A stretch of 47,309 bases of DNA from a virus (Duplodnaviria > Caudoviricetes). A program made the translations under genes and the position numbers. Shown here one piece after another: positions 34,447 to 44,113 of the stretch (positions are counted from its first letter, which is position 1; each line of letters starts with the position of its first letter). Under the pieces are notes generated by a model. It searched no databases. It was not told the origin of the DNA and worked only from the letters and a program-made list of their open reading frames with translations. The stretch is taken from positions 1 through 47,309 of IMG/VR virus record IMGVR_UViG_3300002092_001330, one strand, 5' to 3'.

Positions 34447-36189
34447 ATGGCAACGAAATCGGTTATAGAAATTGATGTATTAGACGAAAAATTTCAAACC
34501 TTTGCAAAAGAATTTGAAAAGATTAAAAAATCTTTAGCAAATTTTCCATCTGATTGGAATAAATCAAATATTGCTGGGGTTAAAAGCACTCAAGCTATTG
34601 GCAAAGGTTTAGACGATGCCAAAAAGAAACAAGATAACTTTAATAAATCAATTAAAGATGGTGGAGAAGCACTAAAAAAAGTTGCTTCTATAACAGCCAA
34701 TATAGCCAGAGATATGGCAAATGCCGCTTTTTCTATTGGAAAATTTTTTGCTTTTGGTTCTTTAACTGCTGGTTTTGGACTAGGTGCATTAGCATCTAGT
34801 GTTAGTGATAAAAGACGAACTGCACAGGGCTTGGGAATTACTACAGGAGAATTAAGATCAGCAGAAACTTATGGTAGTAGATATATTGATCCATTGCAAG
34901 TTTTAGGAAAATTAGCAGATATTAAAAGTGATGTTCGCCAACAATATAAATTAGGTGTTTTAGGTGTTAATAATATACAGGGTAAAAATCCAGCAGAACT
35001 TCTTCCAGAAACATTAACAAAAGCTAGAGATTTATTTAAACAATTTGGTGGACAAAAATCACCTTTAGAATCATTGGGTGTAACTGACATTATTGATTAC
35101 GAAAGTTTAAGAAGATTAGCTGGTTTATCAAAAGAAGAATTTCAAGATTTTATTGATAATTTAAAAAAAGGAAACCAACAATTTAAAACTTTTGATAAAT
35201 TAGATAAAGCATGGCAAGATTTTTGGGTTAAATTAAATGAAACTAGTCAAAAATTACAAATAACATTAATTGATATTTTAGCAAAATTGCCAGAACCTTT
35301 AAGTAAATTATCTGAAGCTGTTGCAGAAGCCATTAAAACTTTTTTAAGTCACCCCGAATTGCAAAAATGGTTAGATGATTTAGTTATAGGAATTAAAAAT
35401 TTTGCAACTTATTTAGTTAGTGGCGGATTAAAAAAAGATATTGATAAATTTTGGACTACTTTAGAAGAAGTAAGAATAACATTAGAACAATTTGCAAGAA
35501 AAACAGATAAAATTATTTTAGAATTAGAAACATTTGTAACACGATTAAAAAATTTATTTTTTGGATCAAAAAATCCTGAAATAGAAACTGAAACAGGAAA
35601 AAATCAACAAAAAAATCAATCAGATATTGATAGTTATCTTGATAAACAATTAAGAAAATTTTGGAAATGGAATTTGGGATTATCTGAAAAAGAAGATAAA
35701 TCACCTTCTACAGAAATTAATAAAATACCCAATGAAGTAAAAGCACTTCAGCCAAAAGGTTTTTATGAATCATTAGATAAAGCTAAAAAAGATTATAAAG
35801 ATCTAACTGGTAAAGATTTGCCTGTAACTAGCACATTAAGAACTCGTAAAGAACAACAAGATTTATATAATCGCTGGAAAGCTGGTGAAAAAGGTATTTT
35901 TATGCCTTTAAATCCAGCAGATTATCCAAATAAAGAATTTTTTCATCAAGGTAATGTTGATATAGGCATTAATCAAGTTCCTAAAGGTTTTGATATAAAT
36001 GAATTTATGAGTAAAGAAGGATTTAAAGGTGGCAATCCAAAAGATCCTGTGCATTTTAATTATGTAGATCCATTGAAAAATTTAGAGAAAAAAATATCAA
36101 ACAATGTTAATCTTAATATTAATAATGAAACTGGTGGAAGTGCCATTGTTTCTGCTAATGCTTTACAAACTTTTAGAGGTGCGGCTTGA
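34447..36189 (+). CDS. Tape measure protein with C-terminal peptidase M15-like domain
   Basis: Helical composition, synteny; TSTLRTRKEQQDLY...HQGNVDI...DPVHF. Confidence 0.8.
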   Translation: MATKSVIEIDVLDEKFQTFAKEFEKIKKSLANFPSDWNKSNIAGVKSTQAIGKGLDDAKKKQDNFNKSIKDGGEALKKVASITANIARDMANAAFSIGKFFAFGSLTAGFGLGALASSVSDKRRTAQGLGITTGELRSAETYGSRYIDPLQVLGKLADIKSDVRQQYKLGVLGVNNIQGKNPAELLPETLTKARDLFKQFGGQKSPLESLGVTDIIDYESLRRLAGLSKEEFQDFIDNLKKGNQQFKTFDKLDKAWQDFWVKLNETSQKLQITLIDILAKLPEPLSKLSEAVAEAIKTFLSHPELQKWLDDLVIGIKNFATYLVSGGLKKDIDKFWTTLEEVRITLEQFARKTDKIILELETFVTRLKNLFFGSKNPEIETETGKNQQKNQSDIDSYLDKQLRKFWKWNLGLSEKEDKSPSTEINKIPNEVKALQPKGFYESLDKAKKDYKDLTGKDLPVTSTLRTRKEQQDLYNRWKAGEKGIFMPLNPADYPNKEFFHQGNVDIGINQVPKGFDINEFMSKEGFKGGNPKDPVHFNYVDPLKNLEKKISNNVNLNINNETGGSAIVSANALQTFRGAA

Positions 36190-36842
36190 CATCTTTATTA
36201 CAAACTGTTTTTACTGCGGCTTATGAACAATCACCTATTTTATTACAAGGTGGAATTGCTCAATTTCTTCCGGGGCAAACATTACCTATAGTTGCTATTA
36301 CAGAATTATTTGATGTACCCGGACTTGTTAATAAATCTTTATTTGCTCATTGGAAGCCATTGCCCGGTGGTTCTTTGGAAGAATGGCAAGTGGCTGAATA
36401 TCCTTTTGCTAGTTTACAAGTAGCTTCTAATGCTGTAATTCAACAGCCATTAAAAGTTAGTATGTTAATGATTTGCCCTGCTCAAACTCATGGTGGATAT
36501 ATTTATAAACAAGCTATTTTAACTGCCATGAAATTAACTTTAGATTTACATCTTTCCTCTGGTGGGACATTTACTGTTATTACTCCAGCTTATACCTATT
36601 TAGATTGTCTTTTAACAAGCGTTAGAGATGTAAGTAGTGTTAGTGATAAACAAGTTCAATATATGTTTCAATGGGATTTTGTACAACCATTAATTAGTAC
36701 AGGTGGATTTTTACAACAAGTTTTGGGCAATGTAATGAATAGTATTACTAAGGGTACTCCAACAGTTCCTAATTTGGGTGGAAGTTCTGGATGGAGCAAT
36801 ACAGCACCAACATCACCGCCTAATGTGACAGAATTTTTCTAA
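36186..36842 (+). CDS. Baseplate/tube-initiator protein
   Basis: Follows TMP; AEYPFA..NAVIQQPL, TVITPAYTY. Confidence 0.6.
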   Translation: MTSLLQTVFTAAYEQSPILLQGGIAQFLPGQTLPIVAITELFDVPGLVNKSLFAHWKPLPGGSLEEWQVAEYPFASLQVASNAVIQQPLKVSMLMICPAQTHGGYIYKQAILTAMKLTLDLHLSSGGTFTVITPAYTYLDCLLTSVRDVSSVSDKQVQYMFQWDFVQPLISTGGFLQQVLGNVMNSITKGTPTVPNLGGSSGWSNTAPTSPPNVTEFF

Positions 36843-36843
36843 T

Positions 36844-37116
36844 ATGACAACTTATATTCAATTTACACCACAATCAACATCTAATTTTCAGTTTAATCCT
36901 GTATTAGATGGAATTACTTATGTGGCTGTTTGTACTTGGAATATTTATTCGCCTAGATATTATATTTCTATTTATGACACATCAAGAAATTTAATTGTTA
37001 GTAGACCGTTAATTGGCTCTCCTACTGATTATGACATTAATTTAATATTTGGATATTTTACAACTTCAACTTTAGTTTATAGAGTAAGTAGTTCTCAATT
37101 TGAAATTAATCCTTAA
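36844..37116 (+). CDS. Small baseplate protein
   Basis: Synteny; FNPVLDG...WN...RYYISIYD. Confidence 0.6.
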   Translation: MTTYIQFTPQSTSNFQFNPVLDGITYVAVCTWNIYSPRYYISIYDTSRNLIVSRPLIGSPTDYDINLIFGYFTTSTLVYRVSSSQFEINP

Positions 37117-38181
37117 ATGCGATATTACGACATTGTTATCACTCCTGCAAGAAGTAGTGCTTTTGCTGGTACTTTTGTAAGTCCATTACGATATAGCACT
37201 TTATTTTCTAATGGAAGAAACAATACACAAGCATTAAAAATTGATGTAGATATTCCACAGGCTTGGTATTATCAACCTAGTGGTTTAGGATATGTAAAAA
37301 TTTATGGGGTTAGTTTTGAAGATTTAAATCAATCAGCTAATTTAAATCCTGATTTTACAAATGACAAATATGCAAATATTCAAATAAAAATAGGAATGTC
37401 TAAGGGTTTACCCTTTGCTAATCCAGAACAACAAGGATTGGTGATTAATGGTTCAATATTACAGGCTTTCGGAAATTGGCAAGGTAATTTAGTTACTTTA
37501 GATTTAGTAATTACTAATGCTCAAGTTAGTCCTAGTGCTACTGTTAATTTATCTTTTAATTGGAAAAAAGATACATTTTTAGGTGATGCAATTAAAGAAA
37601 CTTTGCAAAATGCTTATCCAAAAAAACAAACAGGTCTTGAATTAGTTATTAATGGTTCTATAAGTTCTAATTTAAAAGCTACAGAAAACCAAACAGCACA
37701 ATATACAAATTTAGAAAGTTTTAGCAAATATTTAAATATTACAAGTAAAGACATTCTAAAATTACAAAATTATGCTGGTGTTAGTTTAACAGCAACTCCT
37801 TTAGGATTTTATTTATATGATGGAACAACTTCACAAGAACAAACTGTACAAAATAAAATTATTACTGTTAATTTTCAAGACATTATAGGTAATTTAACTT
37901 GGTTAGATTTGTTTACTATTCAAGCTAAATTAACTATGAGAGGCGATGTTCAAGTTGGAAATCAAATTATTTTTCCTAAAAAATCACCTATTGTAAATAC
38001 TGCGGCATCTGCTTTAACTCAACTTAGAAATAATGTTTCTTTTAATGGGCAATTTCAAATTAATAAAATTCGTCATGTAGGCAGTAGTAGACAAACTGAT
38101 GGAAATAGTTGGGTTACAGTTCTTGATTGTGTTGTTCTTCCAAATTTACCACCAAGCGTAACAAATCCTGTTAAATCTTAA
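37117..38181 (+). CDS. Baseplate hub protein
   Basis: Size and synteny; GQFQINKIRHVG...WVT. Confidence 0.65.
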   Translation: MRYYDIVITPARSSAFAGTFVSPLRYSTLFSNGRNNTQALKIDVDIPQAWYYQPSGLGYVKIYGVSFEDLNQSANLNPDFTNDKYANIQIKIGMSKGLPFANPEQQGLVINGSILQAFGNWQGNLVTLDLVITNAQVSPSATVNLSFNWKKDTFLGDAIKETLQNAYPKKQTGLELVINGSISSNLKATENQTAQYTNLESFSKYLNITSKDILKLQNYAGVSLTATPLGFYLYDGTTSQEQTVQNKIITVNFQDIIGNLTWLDLFTIQAKLTMRGDVQVGNQIIFPKKSPIVNTAASALTQLRNNVSFNGQFQINKIRHVGSSRQTDGNSWVTVLDCVVLPNLPPSVTNPVKS

Positions 38182-38184
38182 ATT

Positions 38185-38832
38185 ATGAGTTCAGCCCAAA
38201 AAACCCCTTTTGCAGTTTCAATGAATAATTTTGCAGAACAAAAAATATCTGCTTATGAACAAATTTTGGGGCAAGTTTACCCTTGTTCTGTTATTGAAGT
38301 AAATGAAGTTAATGCTATCGTAACTGTTAATTTTGAAGTAGATAATCAAGGATTATTTACTTTGCCACAAGTTACTTGTCCAATTATCGGAAGTAAATAC
38401 ATTAGGATTCCTGTTCAAGTTGGCGATACAGGCATTTGTATTTCTGCTAGTACCAAAATAGGTAATATTACAGGTTTAGGTAGTGGGCTACCTACATTAA
38501 CTCCAGCTAGTAATTTAGGTGCATTAGTTTTTGTACCTATAGGAAATGCTAATTGGCAAATAACAGATTTAAATTCAATAGTTCTTTTCTCTCCTAATGG
38601 TGATTCTATTGTTACTATTGGAAATGATCAAATAAAATTGGCTTTTCAAGATAAAAATATTATTATTAATGCAACAGGAATTACAATCAATGGTGATGTT
38701 CAAGTTAATGGGAAAATAACCTCAACTGGTGATGTTGTGGCTAATGGCATTAGTTTAGATAACCATGAACATAATGTAATGAATGTTAGTTCAGGATTAG
38801 TTACTAAAACAACAACTGTACCAAATAGTTAG
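38185..38832 (+). CDS. Baseplate central spike (gpV-like)
   Basis: PVQVGDTG, beta-helix repeats, terminal ISLDNHEH (HxH iron motif). Confidence 0.8.
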   Translation: MSSAQKTPFAVSMNNFAEQKISAYEQILGQVYPCSVIEVNEVNAIVTVNFEVDNQGLFTLPQVTCPIIGSKYIRIPVQVGDTGICISASTKIGNITGLGSGLPTLTPASNLGALVFVPIGNANWQITDLNSIVLFSPNGDSIVTIGNDQIKLAFQDKNIIINATGITINGDVQVNGKITSTGDVVANGISLDNHEHNVMNVSSGLVTKTTTVPNS

Positions 38833-38836
38833 GAAA

Positions 38837-39163
38837 ATGATGCGAACTTATGGAATAGATCCTTACACAAACAAATGGGTTGAAATTGATCAAACTGCTT
38901 ATATTTGGTTGGCTACACTTGCTCAAACTTTAAGATTAAATGAGAATGAAAGCCCTTTTTATTCCAATTATGGAATACCAGCATTACATTCAGTTCAAAC
39001 TCAAATAGCACCAGATATTGCTGTAAATCGTACTCAACAACAATATGCACCTTATTTTGCAAGTTTATCTGTAACAAGACAACAAAATGTGACCAACCCA
39101 ACTTATAATATTAGTGCAATATTTCAAAATGGCACAACAATTTCATCTGTAGTAGCTACATAG
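38837..39163 (+). CDS. Baseplate wedge / sheath initiator (gpW-like)
   Basis: Synteny; ESPFYSNYGIP. Confidence 0.6.
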   Translation: MMRTYGIDPYTNKWVEIDQTAYIWLATLAQTLRLNENESPFYSNYGIPALHSVQTQIAPDIAVNRTQQQYAPYFASLSVTRQQNVTNPTYNISAIFQNGTTISSVVAT

Positions 39164-39171
39164 GAATAAAA

Positions 39172-40380
39172 ATGGCAACCCTTACAACAGCAGGAGCAGT
39201 ACCTACAGCACCTCAAACACTTCTTGATAATGAGATTGCTTCAGCAACAGCTTTATCGCCCGGACTTACTGCTAATTTACCGGGTTCTCTTGTGGAAGAT
39301 ATGGCATCAACAGCCGCAGGAGCAGTCGTACAAATTGATCAAGCCTATGTAGATTTGATTAATTCTATCAGTCCTTATACTGCTAACCCTTTTATTTTAT
39401 ATGAACTGGGGGCTGTTTATGGAGTTCAGAAAGGCATTGGATCTAATACTTCTGTTTATGTAACTTTTATAGGAAGTGTTGGATTTGTTATTCCAATTGG
39501 TTTTGTTGTATCAGATGGAAGTTATCAATATACAGTTCAAGATGGTGGAATTATTGGTAATTCAGGTCAAAGTTCACCTTTATTTTGTTTAGCTATTTCA
39601 TCAGGTTCTTGGGCAGTTCCATCAGGTACAGTTACAACTTTAATTACCTCTGTGCCATCAGGAATTACTTTATCTTGTACAAATAATAACCCCGGATTTG
39701 CTGGTGCAACTGCACAAACTATACAATCTTATCAAGCACAAGTTATACAGGCTGGTTTAGCAACTGCACAGGGAGCACCTACTTTTGTAAAAACTGCCCT
39801 TGGTAATGTAAGTGGAGTTCAACCTAATTTAATTTCCATTAGAAATACTGATATTAATCAATGGGAAATTATTTGTGGTGGAAGTGGAGATCCTTATCAA
39901 ATAGCTAATGCTATTTTTAAATCTGTACCTGATATTTCTTCTTTGGTAGGATCAACAGTTGATAGCGGTAGGGATATAACTGTAACTATTAATGATTTTC
40001 CCGATACTTATAATATTATTTTTGTTGTGCCTGTAGTTCAAACTGTAGGTATTACATTAGATTGGAAATCACAAGCAACTAATGTAGCTTCAAATTCTGC
40101 TGTAGCTTCTTTAGCATTGCCAGCAATTATTACTTATATTAATACTATTTTTGTAGGTCAGCCCATTAATGGATTGGTAATTCAAAGTATTTTTGAAGCA
40201 TCTGTAGCTAGTATTTTGCCAGCAACTTTAATTTCAAATATTACTTTAACTGTTTATATTGCTGGTTCAGAAGTTTCTCCAGAAACAGGAACACAATTAT
40301 ATTTGGGTGATGTTGAAGGTTATTACAGTACAACATCAGGTTCTACAGTAGCTACCAGCGTTATTATTAATAAAGTATGA
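39172..40380 (+). CDS. Baseplate J-like protein
   Basis: GFVIPIGFVVSDG, GSWAVPSGTVT, LGNVSGV. Confidence 0.8.
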   Translation: MATLTTAGAVPTAPQTLLDNEIASATALSPGLTANLPGSLVEDMASTAAGAVVQIDQAYVDLINSISPYTANPFILYELGAVYGVQKGIGSNTSVYVTFIGSVGFVIPIGFVVSDGSYQYTVQDGGIIGNSGQSSPLFCLAISSGSWAVPSGTVTTLITSVPSGITLSCTNNNPGFAGATAQTIQSYQAQVIQAGLATAQGAPTFVKTALGNVSGVQPNLISIRNTDINQWEIICGGSGDPYQIANAIFKSVPDISSLVGSTVDSGRDITVTINDFPDTYNIIFVVPVVQTVGITLDWKSQATNVASNSAVASLALPAIITYINTIFVGQPINGLVIQSIFEASVASILPATLISNITLTVYIAGSEVSPETGTQLYLGDVEGYYSTTSGSTVATSVIINKV

Positions 40381-40988
40381 TTACTAATATACTTCCTTCT
40401 TATTTATATCAGCAATATCAATTGTTGGATACAACTCCAGATTTAGAGGCATTTTTTACTGCATATAATACTACCGCACAAACTTATTTAAACAATACTA
40501 ATTCTTTAAATTTGCCCATTTATACACAACAAATTGCCCCTTTATTAGATTGGACAGCTTTAGGTATTTATGGAATGAGTAGACCATCATTGCCAACCAC
40601 AACTACATTTAGTGGAGTTGGTGCTTATGATACTTTTGAATATGATGTTTTACCTTATAACCAAAATGTAATTAATCAACCAACTAGTTTTTATACTATT
40701 ACAGATGATTTTTTTAAAAGAATGATTACTTGGAATTTTTATAAAGGTGATGGTTTTCAATATACAACTATGTGGCTCAAAAGAAGGGTTGCCAGATTTT
40801 TATATGGTGTTAATGGAACTGATATTCCAACTGTTGCTGATTTGTATAATGTAAGCGTAACCTATACAGTACCTAACAGTATTACTATTACAGTACCCGA
40901 TTTATTAATTTCTCAAATTTTAAGTGTATCTATACAATATGGTGTTTTAAATGTACCATACGAGTATAGCTATACAGTAGTTTATTAA
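40377..40988 (+). CDS. Baseplate wedge protein (gpI/DUF2612-like)
   Basis: LLDWTALGIYGMSRP, TDDFFKR; follows gpJ. Confidence 0.65.
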   Translation: MITNILPSYLYQQYQLLDTTPDLEAFFTAYNTTAQTYLNNTNSLNLPIYTQQIAPLLDWTALGIYGMSRPSLPTTTTFSGVGAYDTFEYDVLPYNQNVINQPTSFYTITDDFFKRMITWNFYKGDGFQYTTMWLKRRVARFLYGVNGTDIPTVADLYNVSVTYTVPNSITITVPDLLISQILSVSIQYGVLNVPYEYSYTVVY

Positions 40989-40996
40989 GGGTTATT

Positions 40997-42313
40997 ATGA
41001 CTATACAAATTTTTACCAATAATGCTAAAACCACTTTAGCTACTAACATTACAAGTAGTCAAACTACTGTAACTGTAGCTGATGGTTCAAAATTCCCTAT
41101 TCCTTCTGCTGGACAACAATTTAAAGTAACCTTCAATAGTGTTACTAATACAACTCTTTATGAAATTTGTAATTGTACAGCTAGAAGTGGCAACACTTTA
41201 ACAGTTATTAGAGGACAAGAAGGTACATCTGGTCATGCTTTTGATGCAGGGGACAATGTAGGTCATTTTGATACTGCTGGAGTAATGACTGATTTAATTC
41301 AATCTGAACAGTTACAATCTGGTACATATTCTATAGGAACTGCTGGTGGATCTGCCAATGCTTTAACAGCAACAATAACATCAAATTTAACAGCTATTCC
41401 TAATGGAATGAGTTTAACTATTATTTCTGCTTACGCAAATACTGGTGCAACAACATTTAATTTAACTTTAGGTTCAACTATTACAGGTGTTTTACCAATT
41501 GTTCAAGGAAACAATTCTCCTTTATCAACTGGCATTATTCCTAGTGCTGGTTATCCAATAAGTTTAACTTATAGTGCTACTTTTAATGCTTGGGTATTAA
41601 CAGATGGATTAATTGATTTATCTACTTATGCACCTATTAATAGCCCTACTTTTACTGGAGTTCCAAAAGCTCCAACTTATTCACCACCTAGTCCTACAGT
41701 ACCTAGCCCAACAAATCAAATAGCAACTACTGGTTATGTTTACAACAGTTTGCAAAATTATGCCCCATTATTTAGTCCTGCTCTTACTGGAACTCCAACA
41801 GCACCAACTCCATCAGCAGGGGATAGTTCAACTAAAATAGCTACAACTGCTTTTATTCAATCTTCTGTTTCAATCCCATCTGGCTCTGTTACTAATTTTT
41901 TTCAAGCATCAGCACCAACAGGATGGACACAAGATAATACATATAATGATTATTCTATTCGTATAGTTAGTGGAACTGGTGGAACTACTGGTGGTACAAC
42001 AGCTTTTAGTACAGTATTTAGCAATCAAACACCAACTATTTCAACAAGTGGATTAAGTGCCGCCGCAACTACTTTAAGCACAAGTCAAATGCCAAGTCAT
42101 GCTCATAATTATTTAAGAGCTGCTGGAGTTGTTGTATGTTATCCATATAATTTTGCTCAAGGTGGTTGTCCTACTACACAATTTTCAAATAAATGTACAG
42201 ATCTTACAGGTGGTGGTGGTTCTCATACACACTCCATATCTGGCTCAATTACATCATCAACAATTACTTTAAATGTTTTATATCAAAATCATATAATGTG
42301 TATTAAAAACTAA
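40997..42313 (+). CDS. Tail fibre protein
   Basis: SPTFTGVPKAPT / SPALTGTPTAPT...IATTAF repeats, collar-like IPSG..FFQASAPTGW, MPSHAH...GGGGSHTH. Confidence 0.88.
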   Translation: MTIQIFTNNAKTTLATNITSSQTTVTVADGSKFPIPSAGQQFKVTFNSVTNTTLYEICNCTARSGNTLTVIRGQEGTSGHAFDAGDNVGHFDTAGVMTDLIQSEQLQSGTYSIGTAGGSANALTATITSNLTAIPNGMSLTIISAYANTGATTFNLTLGSTITGVLPIVQGNNSPLSTGIIPSAGYPISLTYSATFNAWVLTDGLIDLSTYAPINSPTFTGVPKAPTYSPPSPTVPSPTNQIATTGYVYNSLQNYAPLFSPALTGTPTAPTPSAGDSSTKIATTAFIQSSVSIPSGSVTNFFQASAPTGWTQDNTYNDYSIRIVSGTGGTTGGTTAFSTVFSNQTPTISTSGLSAAATTLSTSQMPSHAHNYLRAAGVVVCYPYNFAQGGCPTTQFSNKCTDLTGGGGSHTHSISGSITSSTITLNVLYQNHIMCIKN

Positions 42314-42322
42314 GGAAAAAAA

Positions 42323-42634
42323 TTGAAACTTGAATCTAAATCTAACTGTCCATTAAATAATTTTGAACCATGTAAATTATGGGAATGTTCATGGTTTATA
42401 GAAATTAAAGGTTCTCATCCGCAAACTGGAACAGAAATTAATGATTGGGGATGTGCTATTGCATGGATGCCAGTTATGTTAATTGATAACGCAAGACAAC
42501 AACATTCAACAACTTCAGCAGTAGAAAGTTTTAGAAATGAAATGGTTAAAGCTAATCAAATGTCACAACAAATATTATTAGAAACAGTTAAACAAGTAAA
42601 CATAGAATCTAAATATATTGGAGAAAATATATGA
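42323..42634 (+). CDS. Cys-rich hypothetical protein
   Basis: CPL...C...C...CAIAW, SAVESFRNEMV; TTG start after TAAGGA. Confidence 0.7.
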   Translation: MKLESKSNCPLNNFEPCKLWECSWFIEIKGSHPQTGTEINDWGCAIAWMPVMLIDNARQQHSTTSAVESFRNEMVKANQMSQQILLETVKQVNIESKYIGENI

Positions 42635-43107
42635 AATTAAGTATTATTCCTAGTGATAAAACAGTCTGTAAAGACGATTTATGTTATGCAAATTTAATTT
42701 GGATAGGTACACCTATTGATGTTCATGCACTTCAATGGCTTGATGTTTCTGGTTCAATTGAATTTATTGATAGTTTACAACCAAACGAAAATATAATTGT
42801 TCTTCCTGATTGGGCAAATAACGCATTGGCATCATGGCAAATTGCTTACAATGAAGCACATCAACCACCAGCACCACCAGAACCGCCAACAGCACAACAA
42901 AACAAAAATACAGCAAGTAATTTATTATCAAAAACTGATTGGACTACTATTGCAGATGTTTCAGATCCAGCAAAAAGTAATCCATATTTATCAAATGCAA
43001 ATGAATTTTTAGTTTATCGTAATGAGGTTCGTCAATATGCTGTTTATCCAGTTGCGGGTTACATTACTTGGCCGGTTGTTCCACAAGAAGTTTGGGTAAA
43101 AATATAA
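42631..43107 (+). CDS. Putative tail fibre assembly chaperone
   Basis: LLSKTDWT...YRNEVR...WPVVP C-terminal pattern. Confidence 0.65.
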   Translation: MKLSIIPSDKTVCKDDLCYANLIWIGTPIDVHALQWLDVSGSIEFIDSLQPNENIIVLPDWANNALASWQIAYNEAHQPPAPPEPPTAQQNKNTASNLLSKTDWTTIADVSDPAKSNPYLSNANEFLVYRNEVRQYAVYPVAGYITWPVVPQEVWVKI

Positions 43108-43427
43108 TGAATTTAACTATTATTAATGATGATGGAGCATTGTATGTTGATGGCATAGCATTAGCAGGGTTGGATTTATCTACTACAGGAATACCAACAA
43201 ATGTTCATGCCTTACAATGGAAAACTAATTTAGGATGGATTGAGTTTAAAGAAAATTCTGATTTTTCTAAAGACCAAAATCAAGTAATTAATGTTTTACC
43301 TAATTGGGCTAATAATTGTGTAACTGTTTATAACAATAGAGTAGCAGAAATACAAGCACAACAAGCAGAATCAGAAGCAAAAGCTAAAATTTCACAACCA
43401 ACAACAATAGGCACTCAAACATTATGA
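43107..43427 (+). CDS. Paralogue of the preceding protein's N-terminal domain
   Basis: Shared P..VHALQW..G.IEF...I.VLP.WANN; TAATG coupling. Confidence 0.7.
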   Translation: MNLTIINDDGALYVDGIALAGLDLSTTGIPTNVHALQWKTNLGWIEFKENSDFSKDQNQVINVLPNWANNCVTVYNNRVAEIQAQQAESEAKAKISQPTTIGTQTL

Positions 43428-43729
43428 GCCAAATAATTCCTCAAAGTAAAGTGATTGCAGTTGCTCCAGCACATAGCCTTACTTATGATGGAGCAACTTT
43501 AAACATATTTCATGTGGATAAAGGTCAGGGATTACCGGCACATAACCATCTTTATGCTCATGCAACTATGTGTATGGCTGGTTCATGTGCTGTAAGAAAA
43601 GAAGGAAAAGAAATAGTAATGACTAAAATAACGCAACCTGTAAATTTAATAGCTAATGATTGGCATGAAATTGAAGCATTAGAAGATGGTACAGTTTTTG
43701 CAAATATGTTTGCCGAAGGAAAATATTAA
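43424..43729 (+). CDS. Cupin-domain protein
   Basis: GLPAHNHLYAH...WHEIEALEDGT. Confidence 0.8.
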   Translation: MSQIIPQSKVIAVAPAHSLTYDGATLNIFHVDKGQGLPAHNHLYAHATMCMAGSCAVRKEGKEIVMTKITQPVNLIANDWHEIEALEDGTVFANMFAEGKY

Positions 43730-43740
43730 AAGGAAAAATT

Positions 43741-44091
43741 ATGTCACAAACTTTAGATAATTTATCAAAAAAACTTGGAAAAACTGTGCAAGATGCTACA
43801 GTTACAGGCAATGGAGTAACTACTAATTATGGTAGTACTTTATCTGGAACTATAGATCTTTCAGGAGTAACAGTTGTTAATATAACTGTTCCATTAACAA
43901 ATACTTATGTTTTGGTAATGAATTCAACTAATCCTACTATTTATTTTAGTTTGGATCATGGAACTACAGAAAATTTTTATACCCCAGCAAATCCAGTAAC
44001 AGGCGATAATCAAATTTATGCTGTAATGAATTTTCCTGTAACCCAAATTGTATTTTTAGGCAATGAAGGCGATACTTGGTATATTGTTTAA
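43741..44091 (+). CDS. Hypothetical beta-rich (virion?) protein
   Basis: AAGGA RBS; precedes the giant fibre gene. Confidence 0.6.
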   Translation: MSQTLDNLSKKLGKTVQDATVTGNGVTTNYGSTLSGTIDLSGVTVVNITVPLTNTYVLVMNSTNPTIYFSLDHGTTENFYTPANPVTGDNQIYAVMNFPVTQIVFLGNEGDTWYIV

Positions 44092-44113
44092 TAGTTTTTA
44101 ATTAGGGTTTACC

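Noticed and set aside
42038-42313. Diversity-generating retroelement TR/VR pair with 2-265
   Set aside because: No reverse transcriptase; differences are not adenine-specific and both copies are coding.
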